A stretch of DNA of 61,130 bases, counting the filler, from Nemertoderma westbladi (taxonomy: Eukaryota; Animalia; Xenacoelomorpha), in assembly GCA_032718475.1 (NCBI GenBank). It is 3 parts of 3 records of this genome, joined end to end, with 100 filler letters (N's around TTAATTAATTAA, not from the genome) between each part and the next. Parts side by side here need not be neighbours in the genome. Positions count along the whole stretch, not along the records: positions 1 to 19,414 come from JAUCBJ010008309.1; 2 more parts are not named here. The stretch is one strand, 5' to 3'. Position numbers and translations under genes: made by a program. This document shows, piece by piece, positions 1 through 10,900 of this stretch. Under the pieces are notes generated by a model, which did no database searches, had not been told where the DNA came from, and saw only the letters and a program-made list of their open reading frames with translations. Numbering within the stretch: position 1 is the first letter of the stretch; every line of letters starts with the position of its first letter.

Positions 1-431
1 CTGCAATTTAACATACCTGATGACTGCAAACTGACTACTTGAATATCTCATGCCTATGTGCAATACATACCGGTACTGACTGGTTGTTTTATACTGCTAT
101 TTACCGTCAGTTCTTCATAATATGGTTGATGAATTATTATATTTGGAATAACGATAAACAACCCCGAAACCCAATGTTCTTGATATACCGAAGGTAAGAG
201 AGAAGGGTTACAGATAAACGATTGTGACTTATGTTAAAGTGGTTTGAAGTGAATCTAATGTTATTTGATAGACCCTACATGAGTCAGCCTGTGTTCCTTT
301 TATATGTGACTAAAATCAGTGAAGATTGTCAGATTAGTGTGCAGTATTGTGCAGCATTGTGTATGAGTGAGTCTGTTAAAGAAGCATTCCTAAAGAATGC
401 GCCATATATGTGAATTATAATTAAGCCATAT

Positions 432-757
432 CGTTGTGAGTAGTTTAAGTCATAACTCTGTTTATATAGATAAAGCGCCACGTCCTAAAGGAACTGTTAA
501 TATTACCGAAGGTGAATAATATTGTCAGAGATTATATATTACTGTCAGTCGAATAATACATTAGGCTTACATAGCAATAAAAATTAAACCGTCGAACCCA
601 ATCTCCCGGGAATATCCAGCGGGTGAATGGTCGCGCACGGATTGGTTTCGACTAGTGTAGTGAATCAAATACTTGTCATAGACTAAAAAGCGATTTATTA
701 TCTAGAAGACATTCTAATTTGGCGGGTTAAACTGCCAAAGGTCTGAAAGCGCGAACA
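432..757 (+). repeat. ~325 bp dispersed direct repeat, copy 1 (LTR-like ends)
   Basis: Near-identical to 9841-10165 (gttgtgagtagtttaagtcataactc...ctgaaagcgcgaaca); similarity stops at the same points in both copies. Confidence 0.85.
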
Positions 758-1927
758 AATTGTTCCAGTAGTTGAAGAAGTATCTTAGTAGTATAGGCTT
801 TGGCGGCTCGGCGACAGTTGGACCCCACTGACTGGCGCCAGACTGTCTGGGTGACACCGAATGTCACCCTATGGGTGTCATTGGGTGTCATTGGCGCCAG
901 ACTGTCTGGGTGACACCTAATTAGGCTAATTAGACCCTAAGTGACAGGTGTCATCAATTAATTAGTACAATTAAACCATAATAGGTGTCTTACGACTCCT
1001 AATTAGGGTTTAATTGATTATCCTAATTAATCAATCCGATACACAATGGTGTCAGTGATGTCTAACTGTCGCCTAGAGGACCAAGAGGGTGTCATAAGTG
1101 ACACCGCAGCTCTTTTATTTATTAATTCTTATTTATTTGTATTTAATTTTAAATTAATTATTTATTTGTACTTTATTTTAAATTAATTAACTGTGTTACT
1201 TTTACTTTATACATTGATTTCTATTTTAATTTTAATTAGTTTTTATATTACTTACCGCTACTAAATGAGATCACTATGACATAATATCTATATTTAGCTC
1301 TAATTACTCTATCGCATCCCATGTGCCACATTTCAGTGAGCCAACTATCAACTACACTCAACAGCGGGCCCTCTCCTCTGCCGTCGTTATTCACTAAGTT
1401 GATACGACGCGGTCTCTATTGCATTGAATCTACACGTATACCCCCAAGGCAAATAAATCAGCGGTCCCCCTGTTAGCGACCCCTTTGATGACTCACTAAT
1501 AATCCCAGCGCGGCCTTGACTTCATCAAATCCGTATATAGCCCAAGGCTAATGTTCCAACGGCCCTCCTCTGACGATACCATAGCTGGCATCGCTTTGGT
1601 CCCTTTGCTGTATCCAGTCTATGCCTCACTGAGGCACAAACTAAATAGTCGAGTTATATTGCATTATATGAACAATAAATTTCAATATACGAGCACAAAA
1701 GAGTTTACAAGCACATGTTCAAATCCAACTAAAGCTCTATAAATTTTGCATTGAAGTGGAATACTTTAGATGCTGGGGGGGGATGTGGTTTGCGAGGGAT
1801 ATTTGAATGGTGAGTATAATTATCCTTGAGAGTTAGTGTGACGTTATCTCACCATATGGCATGGATGGGCTTTACCACTGTACTCGCATCTGCTCTCTCA
1901 TTAGCTGTCTAACTTTCCTCCCTCGAG

Positions 1928-2026
1928 TCCTGATTGGCTGCCTAACTCACCCTCGCACTCTGATTGGATAATCCATTCTAGCCTCCCTCTATAATAGCCC
2001 CCGTTCAACGCATTCCCATTCATTCT
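1928..2026 (+). promoter_or_regulatory. Putative Pol II core promoter (two inverted CCAAT boxes, TATA, Inr)
   Basis: TGATTGG at ~1931 and ~1961, TATAATA at 1990-1996, TCATTC about 30 nt downstream, ATG at 2129. Confidence 0.5.
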
Positions 2027-2128
2027 CTAATTTTTATTTTAAAAAGTTTTATTTATTTTCATAAAAGTTTTAGTTATCGTTTAGAATTTAATTATTAGGA
2101 TTTGATTATTTAAATCAAGGAAAAACTA

Positions 2129-3059
2129 ATGGCTCCGTTACCAAAAAAATTTAAAAAATCCGAAGATATTTTTAGTGAATATGCAAAGAAAAAGAGAGAT
2201 GAGCGTGATATATTAAACATAAAACAGACAATGGGAAATAACTTTCATAAAGTTATGAATATTTTGAAAGGGATACAAAAACAGTTACCCCTAGAAAATG
2301 AGGAAGATTTGATTGAGGAAGATGAAGAAGAAGAGGACGATGAGATGGAGAAAGAAAATAGTGAGGGTCAGGATGAAGTTGAAGAGAGTGAAGTTGAGAA
2401 CGAAGAAAGTGAAGATCAGGAAGAGGATGAAGAAAGTGAAGGTCAAGAAGAGGGTGAAGATAGCGAAGGTCAGGAAGAGAATGAAGAAAGTGAAGGTCAA
2501 AAGAGGGTGAAGATAGCGAAGGTCAGGAAGAGAATGAAGAAAGTGAAGGTCAAAAGAGGGTGAAGAAAGTGAAGATCAGGAAAGTGGAGAAGAGGATGAA
2601 AATGATGATAATGAGGAAATAAAGAGACAATTACTTGGAAATAAGAATCAATTGCGGAAAATTATTAAACATTTGAAGGAAAATGAAGAAAATAAAGAGG
2701 CGTCATTGACCCAAGTTCTAGGAAGTAAAATTAAATTACAGAAATTTATTAAACATTTAGAAGAGAATGATGAAAATAAAGAAGAGATATTGAGACAAAT
2801 ATTAGGAAACAAAAATCAAATGCGGAAATTTATTAAACAAATGGAAGAAAATGAAGAAAATAGAGAAGAGATATTAAGACAGGTTCTGGGAAATAAAAGT
2901 AAATTACTGAAAATTAATGAACAATTGAATAAAATTAAGAAACAGTTGGGTAATGAGGAAGATGAAAGTAAAGTAAATCAACCAGCTTTTACTAATTTTC
3001 GAAGACCTATGATAAAAAACTCTCGTTCAGTATATGCCCGCGCAGGGCGACGCTATTGA
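2129..3059 (+). pseudogene. Orphan acidic protein with 28-aa helical repeats; one ~310 aa ORF broken by two 1-nt deletions
   Basis: ORFs 2129-2563 and 2652-3059 join in frame if the G missing from 'ggtcaa(g)aagagggt' is restored in the two later copies of a 54-nt repeat (~2498, ~2552). Confidence 0.65.
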
Positions 3060-3354
3060 CATTTGTTTGTTTGAGTTCCTTTCATAATAGTATTAGGGCT
3101 ATTTATCCATACCAATTATATTAGTATTAGGACTATTTATCCATAACAATTATATTAGTATTAGGACTATTTATCCATAATAATTATATTAGTATTATAA
3201 ATGTATTTACCCTACAATATTTATTACTAATAGGTCTATTTATTCAAGAAATTATATGTTTTTATAATATACTTTGGAAAATTGGTCGACTAAGTCATAA
3301 TTTTTAAAACTTTAAATAAGGGTTGAGTTATTTTATAAAGTTAAGAAGAGTGAA

Positions 3355-3560
3355 TCAATGGAGGCAACCTGAAGTCTAATCTCTTGGCCTTTACTCATAA
3401 GACCGCACATTAACTCCCAAGGTTGCATACTATCACTATAGCTGGGAGAGTCAAAGCTAGTGTACACTAGAGTCAGCCAAGAGCTAGGAAAAAGAATAAT
3501 GCTCTTCTAGGGTTCGAACTCACGACCTTCTAATTAGAAAACTAAGCAAATGATCAGCTT
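3355..3560 (-). mobile_element. tRNA-derived SINE fragment
   Basis: B box (gagttcgaaccc on minus strand, ~3510-3521); core ttgggagttaatgtg...gccaagag...ttcaggttgcctc shared with 59365-59442. Confidence 0.55.
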
Positions 3561-3724
3561 GAAGGCCTTCGACCTTTAATCTGAGGCATCGAGCAGCCAA
3601 TGAGAGAGCAGATGCGAGTACAGTGGTAAAGCCCATCCATGGTGAGATAACGCTCACACTAACTCTCAAGGATAGTTATACTCACCATTCAAATATCCCT
3701 CGCAAACCAGATTCCCCCAACATC

Positions 3725-4104
3725 ACTATGCCTCAGTGAGGCATAGTCTATGCCTCAGTGAGTCATACTATATGCCTCAGTGAGTCATACTCTATGCCTC
3801 AGTGAGATATAGTCTATGCCTCAGTGAGGCATAGTCTATGCCTCAGTGCCTCAGTGAGGCATAGTCTATGCCTCAGATGCCTCAGTGAGGCATAGTCATA
3901 TGCCTCAGTGAGTCATAGTCTATGCCTAGGTGCCTCAATGATTCATAGTCTATGCCTCAGTGCCTCCGTGAGGCATAGTCTATGCCTCAGTAAGGCATAG
4001 TCTATGCCTCAGTGCCTCAGTGAGGCATAGTCTATGCCTCAGTGCAGGCATAGTCTGTGTCTCAGTGAGGCATAGTCTGTGCCTCAGTGAGGCATAGTCT
4101 GTGT
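3725..4104. repeat. 22-bp palindromic minisatellite (agtctatgcctcagtgaggcat)n
   Basis: About 15 tandem copies with interspersed tgcctcag partial units; ACTATGCCTCAGTGAGGCATAGT is a palindrome around the central base. Confidence 0.95.
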
Positions 4105-4163
4105 CATTTCTTAAATGAGAGTCTTACAAATTCGGACGGCAACGAACAAATTCGAAGGTTACT

Positions 4164-4255
4164 GTTCCACCTTGGTGTAGTGGTTGCGTTGAATTCACAT
4201 CTCCCGTATGTCATGGGTTCGATCCCTGCATGAACCAGGGCAGTTTTCGTTCGGT
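4164..4255 (+). mobile_element. tRNA-derived SINE head
   Basis: A box tggtgtagtgg, B box ggttcgatcc; same family as the minus-strand copy at 54485-54584 (gttccacc...gaattcacatctc...gggttcgatccc...gaaccag). Confidence 0.7.
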
Positions 4256-4599
4256 CAGCAATATGCCTAACTTTGCAAAATGCAGTATTATTGCCTAGTA
4301 ACCAATTCATGGCTACTATATGGTTTTCACTTTGCGACATTTCGCCCTCTAGCGGCAGACTGGGGAACTTCAGACTACTCTGTGACTCTGCAAAAGATAT
4401 AGCCCATATTGTCATAGATACCGACTGGGGGGTCAAAATTAAGTAATAATATATTGTATACATATATATATATATTGTATATAATATATATATAATAATA
4501 ATAATATAATATATATTACATATACATATATAATATATTGATATAATATATTATATATATATATATATTTATATATATATTGATATAATATATAAAATG

Positions 4600-5000
4600 G
4601 ACAGTATAGAAATTTGAAAGTATCGAAGCATATCTGGGAGTTTGCGGCTCATCTTGAGGTCCAATTTAATATAACTCCATTTCACAAAATGCGAATTGGC
4701 TCAACACCTGTAGCAAGGCGGATAAAGGAAGATTTCTTTATTAAAAGATATAAGACAGTTGAATCTGGAACACAATGGAATGGAACAGTGAACCGCAAAG
4801 GAACTATAGAAATAGTAACATTAGTATCCCCCCCCCCCCCCGCCCTTCTTCGTTGCCTAATGATCAACTAACTCATATTGCCTAAACTGGTGTATTGCAT
4901 AGTATATTACACATACTTTAGGCCCTCATTTACTATAATTCTATAATTTGCCTGAAGATAACTTTAAGTTTGAAATGCATTGCAATTTTTATAAATAATT
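4600..5000 (+). mobile_element. 3' remnant of a Penelope-like retroelement (end of GIY-YIG endonuclease plus pLTR with hammerhead)
   Basis: Translation VSKHIWE...FNITPFHKM...RRIKEDFFIKRYK resembles the C-terminus of PLE GIY-YIG domains; a hammerhead motif follows at 4945-4988. Confidence 0.6.
4945..4988 (+). ncRNA. Minimal type I hammerhead ribozyme motif
   Basis: ttgc-CTGAAGA-t-aactt-t-aagtt-t-GAAA-tgca-TT-gcaa: stem I ttgc/gcaa, both core boxes, stem II aactt/aagtt, palindromic stem III aatgcatt. Confidence 0.65.
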
Positions 5001-5149
5001 TTAAATACAGTATTTTACCTCATATTTATTATTTTATTTATTTTATTTGCCATAATATTGTTTTAATTGGAAATTAAATATATATATAACTGAATCTGTG
5101 AATCATTTTATCTCAATTGCTGTTTATAATATATTATATATATATATAT

Positions 5150-5700
5150 ATACACTGGTAAACGAGGTAGAATATTGTACACCACCGGTCTGGTCCCCTT
5201 CCATATGAGTTCTATAGATTTAATAGAAAGAGTGTAACGTCACGTAGACTATTTACTCGATGTGGACTCAGTAGCCGAAGTTGTCTGGAACGTTTGCAAT
5301 ACTTAACTTTACAACCGTTAGAAGTACGTAGTATTGTTTACGATTTAAAGATGACTTATAGCATAATTAACAATGTTGTTGATTTAGACTATGATATATT
5401 TTTCAAAAGTGCTAGTAGGCCAGGGTCGAGAGGTCATAATTACAAACTGTTTCAACAACGTTCCGGGCTCCAGATTAGTAAATTCTCCTTTGGTAATCGA
5501 ATAGTTAATATATGGAATAATTTACTGGTTGATGTCGTAAACTCGACGAACAAAGATATATTTTATTCGAAGGTAAAAAATGTTAATCTACTGAGGTATT
5601 GTAAATTTAATACAGCTTTGTAAATATATTATACTGTATCACTAGTAGACCCTAATGTATGTAATTTACCTGTAAATAAATATATTAATGCATTGAATTT
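5150..5700 (+). mobile_element. 3' fragment of CR1/L2-group LINE ORF2
   Basis: EYCTPPVWSP-like motif, then RGHNYKLF...FSFGNRIVNIWN, typical of the CR1/L2 ORF2 C-terminus; disrupted. Confidence 0.8.
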
Positions 5701-7102
5701 TACTTGAGTTGTTATTTTATTCGAGTGTTTTTTAATTAGGAAATATTCACCTGTTAGTGTTATACGTAACATTGGAGCTTGTATTCCCTCTCTAAATATT
5801 ATACGAGGTGTTTAATAATAATAATATTATGGTAATTTTATTGAAAACCTAATTTGTTTTAAAGTAAACTATGTTATGTACATAATTAGTTACGTATTCT
5901 TTAATTGAGTTTTTAACGTATTGTAATCTATTTCAATCGGGTACGGGCATGTTGGTCAACCTTAGATGGGCATCGCAATAGTCGAGAGTGAAATGACAAT
6001 GACACTAAATGACGTTTGCGATTCAAATGAGACAAAAATGAGGTCTGTACGATCAACATAAGTGAAAAAATGGTGAAGCTCTTCTGTGACGATTGATCGC
6101 GAAATCTGCGATGCTGTGAAAATCTGTAGACAGTTTGGATACTGAAAATCTTGAAATATTTTTTGTAAAATGTTGTAAGATTAGTTTTTGTTTTGATTAT
6201 AACATTTTATTTTCACTATCTCAACTTAATTTGAACAAAAAAATGTGTTTGTCCCTTCACCTTAGGAATTAACATAAACCTACACTATTACACTTACGAT
6301 TCCATTCACCAATCCCAATTATGTCAATATTAGGCCTACTGAACTGTGTCTGTACCACCACTATAGTTCAACTCATACAATTAATTTTTGTGTTAATAAC
6401 TTCACATTAACAAGAATAACTAGATAAACTACTTGGAGGGCTGGATATAATAGATCTAACACCTAAAATATGACAACTGAAAAGTTCATATGTGACAATT
6501 TTTCAGAATTTTCCAGTTTTTGAAAAAAGTGAGTGTATCTGTACCACCCCACTAATTGACATAAAACTACTTGAGGACTGCAAATTTCACATTTGAAAAT
6601 TTCAGGTAGAAGTGCAAAAAAAGTAGGCGCAGCGTCAATTTTCAATATTTTGGGTCTGATGTACCACCCCTTAAGTTCAATATTTTTTAAAAAAATTTGT
6701 ATATAATGTTTTGAGGTGAAATGCAATGGCAAAATTCACTTGAGCAATGAAAATAAGAAAAAAGTGTTTTTTTGAAACACCCTAACCACCATGGAATAAA
6801 TAATACCATAAGTTAATCTGAATAACTGTACGTAAACACAACGTCTTACTTATATAATTATGATTTTATAATTTTTTTATACTTTTATAATCTATAATAA
6901 TATTAAGTCTCAATGTTAAATATCAGTTAAAGGAAAGGAGCAGGTTACAGTGGTATGTTATTTTAAAACAATAAACTAAAGTCTATAGAACAAGTTAAAT
7001 TAGTTTTATTTTTGTGAGTAATCAGCTGTTATTTGAGTCGATTTCCCCATTGAATTTTGATTGCGTCGAAAGCCCCCCCCCCCCCATATCTGCGATTATC
7101 AA

Positions 7103-8047
7103 TTAATCGCATTGATTACCAATATTGATAAACGTTTCTCGTACACCACCAGTTACAGTTGGTTCAGACAAGATAGTAGGTTTAACAACCAGAACTATAT
7201 CTGGAAGACAATAATAAGGTCTGTAAAGATCGCCTTCACATATATAGGGAAGTTTAGTCCAGGAAACAACCCTCAGTCCATTAGGAACCAATACGTCTTG
7301 TATTAAACTCACTGCGTGTTCGATAAAACTGCCGCCCCGTAGTCGAATTCTTTGAGAAGGTTCAACCCATCCGGTGCGGGACTCAACTGAGGGATTAAAC
7401 GGTAGAACTACGGCTAAAACGATAACTCCGGTACCAGGTGTTAATCGCTCAGCAGCTTTACGTAATAGAGTTACAGGTTGATCGCATCTGTCTAGCAGGT
7501 TTAGCAGACTAATTACGTCGTAGAGTCGTTTAGATTCGAACCAATCGTCGTCGTGTAGGACAGTGTATCCTCGTTGAGTTAACGCCCAACGCATAGGGGC
7601 TGACACTTCCGTAACGAAAGTTTGTTGGAAGAAGGACGACATCTGTGTGGTTGGCATGCCGTCGCCAGCCCCGATGTCGAGTAGCGAACCAGTTCGCCAG
7701 TCTACCTCTGGGGTGCCTAACAGACAGACAAACTGATCCGCAGACAGAACAAACATAGACCCCCTACCTAGTAAACCATTTGCTGTTGTCGCCGATATAA
7801 ATAATAGCATTATTGATTTCAGAGCGCTGTGAAAGAACTGGGTGAATACAGACTCGTGTTTCTTGTAACAATTGTCGAGAAAGCTTTGTGTAGCATTATC
7901 GCGGATACTCGGTTTGTATAAAGTACTTATATTTGTCGGAAACAGGTCCAAGTTTATCGGATACCACTCTGTGTCATAGAAAACCACGTTGGGAGTAAAC
8001 GACATCTCGTACATGTGGCGAGCCATCGAACCTCTAATAAAGGCCAT
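7103..8047 (-). CDS. METTL9: Protein-L-histidine N-pros-methyltransferase METTL9 (DREV family), single coding exon
   Basis: NGLLGRGSMFVLS, SAM motif LLDIGAGDG, TEVS, LNLLDRCDQP, WTKLPYICEGD. First ATG is at 8047 (the ORF track starts at a TTG at 8053). Confidence 0.92.
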   Translation of the reverse strand: MAFIRGSMARHMYEMSFTPNVVFYDTEWYPINLDLFPTNISTLYKPSIRDNATQSFLDNCYKKHESVFTQFFHSALKSIMLLFISATTANGLLGRGSMFVLSADQFVCLLGTPEVDWRTGSLLDIGAGDGMPTTQMSSFFQQTFVTEVSAPMRWALTQRGYTVLHDDDWFESKRLYDVISLLNLLDRCDQPVTLLRKAAERLTPGTGVIVLAVVLPFNPSVESRTGWVEPSQRIRLRGGSFIEHAVSLIQDVLVPNGLRVVSWTKLPYICEGDLYRPYYCLPDIVLVVKPTILSEPTVTGGVRETFINIGNQCD

Positions 8048-8231
8048 TGCCAATGTAAATACAGAAATATCGGAACTGAAATAATCTAATTAGAAATATA
8101 GGTCGTTATCGTTACCTGTACCATTCACAATCGGTATTCCAGTATTCGGTAGGTACAAGGTAAGGTACTGCACTGGTCTGCTGGTACCGCATACCTGTAC
8201 AGTTCACAATTAGGCAAGCTCAGTTTCACTA

Positions 8232-9162
8232 CCGGTGTCACAAGGAAATCAGCCCCCCCTAGAATATGCCCCCCGGGGCATTATTTCCTAGGATATTATA
8301 TGTCCCCCCGGGCAATTTTTCCTAGGAAATTTAGCCCGGGGGGGCATTTTCTCCTTAGGAAATAATGCCTCCCCTCAGGAAAATTAGCCCCCCTCAAAAG
8401 TCTGAAAACTGGTACGATACCGGTCTGCTGGTAGCCACTTTTAATCTACCAACTGCAGAACTTGTAATAGTTGGAAGAATAGTACGGTACCGGTCTGCCG
8501 GTATAGGTAAGCACAGAAGCAGGTAAGGCAGTAAGGGATGTAGAACAGCATACTGAAGTATCAAAGTCAGTAGGCTACTGTAGTAAGTACTGGTATAACA
8601 GCAGTGCGAGTGTGTGGTGTTGTGTGGGCGCCGAGCAGCTCCAAGCTTTTTTAAGTCTGTAACCTGCTCCTTTCCGTGATTTGGTAAAGTGATTGTCTAT
8701 TGTTTTGGTTAGAAAATCCCGCCTCTGTAACCTGCTCCTTTCTCTCAATTGGTAATGTTATCGTTTATTGTTTTGGTTACAAAATCCCGTCTCTAGTAAC
8801 CTGCTCCTTTCCCTGATTTGCTAAAGTAACTGTTTATTGTTTTGGTTAGAAAATCCCGCCTCTGTAACCTGCTCCTTTCCCTCAATTAGTTAAATGATCG
8901 TTTATTGTTTTGGTTAGAAAGGCCTGCCTCTGTAACCTGCTTCTTTCCTTCATTTGGTAAAGTGACTGTTTATTGTTTTGTATAATTTTTGTAAGTTTTA
9001 GTAGTAATAAGTTTTGTTTATTGTATAATTCAGGGGGGGGCATAATTTCCTAAGGGCGGGCATTTTTTCCTAGGGAAATTTGCCCGGGGGGGCATTTTTT
9101 CCTAGGAAAATATGCCCCCCCGGGCACATTTCCCGGGGGGGCATATTTTCCTGTTACACCGG
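8232..9162. mobile_element. MITE with TA target duplication, GC-rich subterminal repeats and an internal 68-bp minisatellite
   Basis: ta|CCGGTGTCACAAGGAAAT ... ATTTTCCTGTTACACCGG|ta; repeated ggggcatt(t)tttcctagg motifs at both ends; five 68-bp units at ~8655-8985. Confidence 0.85.
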
Positions 9163-9840
9163 TACCGATAGCTCGACTGCTCGAGGCCTACTGCTTGCCT
9201 AATAGAAGTAGGCTATTGGGTTAGGCTTGTTCCAGTAAACAGTCACACTGGACTGACACATAAGCAGCAAAGCCCTGCATGTATCATCGACCAATCAAAA
9301 TAGACTTCAAAATTAACTTTGCTAAGAAATCGTTTGGAGTCCTATATTGAGTCTTATTGGTTTGTGGTATAATTCACTATTCAGACAATGTGGGGCGAGA
9401 CACGAATGGCGAGCCATCAGCGAACTGATATAATTATACTATGGCCGTTTTTCAAAAGTCTGTGTGTGTGTGTGTGTGTGTGTGTGACATGTGTGTGTGT
9501 CGGTAGCCATAAATGTCGGAAGCCATAATCTAAATTAATATATTCAGCTAAAGAGCACCAATCTGAGCGAATGATACATCGGTTAGCCAGGTAGCTAGCT
9601 ACTTGCAGACCAATCATAGGTGGCCTGCAGCAGGCTGGGTTGGTTAAGTAGTAATCTCAATAAATAGGACCCAGCAGGAGAGCGGAGTGGATCTACAACT
9701 GTGATTGGTTCTTGACTTACATTGGTAAGAACCAGCAGTAAATCTTAGATTAGCTTTTTTCAGTTCACATATTGTACGCGCTTTTATAGACCTTCAGCAG
9801 TTTAACCTGCCGAAATTTATATGCTTTGTGCTGGAATATA

Positions 9841-10165
9841 TGTTGTGAGTAGTTTAAGTCATAACTCTGTTTATATAGATAAAGCGCCACGTCCTAAAGG
9901 AACTGTTAATATTACCGAAGGTGAATAATATTGTCAGAGATTATATAATACTGTCAGTCGAATAATACATTAGGCTTACATAGCAATAAAATTAAACCGT
10001 CGAACCCAATCTCCCGGGAATCTCCAGCGGGTGAATGGTCGCGCACGGATTGGTTTCGACTAGTGTAGTGAATCAAATACTTGTCAAAGACTAAAAACTG
10101 ATTTAATATCTAGAAGACATCTTAATTTGGTGGGTTAAACTGCCAAAGGTCTGAAAGCGCGAACA
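9841..10165 (+). repeat. ~325 bp dispersed direct repeat, copy 2 (TGTT...AACA)
   Basis: Near-identical to 432-757. Confidence 0.85.
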
Positions 10166-10900
10166 GGGGATGTTCCCCCGGGCGCACTCACCCATGGGCG
10201 CTGAAATGCCAGGGAAAAGTCCGGGAATTCTTGTAAAAATAAGACAAATCAGTGAAAATTCAGGAATTGTGATATAGTATTTACAGGACATGTGTCATAA
10301 GCGAAAATGTGGAAAAATTTTATGTGCTCGCTTCGCTCACCATTCAATATATTATAAGTGCACTACTGTATATCAAACTTGTTTATATATTAGATTTGAT
10401 ATAAGTTATAGGCCTATACTGTAAGATGTATAATATTTAAGAAAAAAAACGTCATAAATGAAAATGTACAATTATTGAAGGGGTGGGGGGGGGGGGGGGC
10501 TATTTCAGATTCATTCCACTGAGCGCCAGATGGGCTCGCTACGCCTCTACATACTAGACCATGGAATGAGCCTATTGCGGTTTCGCTTTACCTCTTTCAA
10601 CAATCTGGCTCTACCCAAGGTGTATAATTGTAATATACATTACAGTATAGCAGTATAGCTTACTTGCCATGGTACTCACTATGGGAATATAGTAGATACC
10701 AATTAAAGTTATATTGTTAGTCAAGCCAATTAGAATGATACCAAAAGTAGATAACCTTAGTATTACGGGTATTATTTCACTATCATTTTTACTGCCAACT
10801 ATTTAATTATTTTAGTTTACCGGCTTTACTATTTCACTTATTTGTTTTATTCATAAGATTCTAGAAGATTTATTTTATAGAAGAAAATAATTATCTAAGA

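Larger units (their letters stand above)
1769..3724. mobile_element. ~1.96 kb cassette bounded by ~135 bp inverted repeats, carrying a promoter and a frameshifted ORF
   Basis: 1769-1907 (gatgctggggg...ggtttgcgagggatatttgaatggtgagtata...ctctctcattagctg) is the reverse complement of 3594-3724 with few differences. No target-site duplication seen. Confidence 0.7.

Noticed and set aside
3725-4104. Palindromic repeat resembling a CRISPR repeat
   Set aside because: Units are contiguous with no unique spacers.
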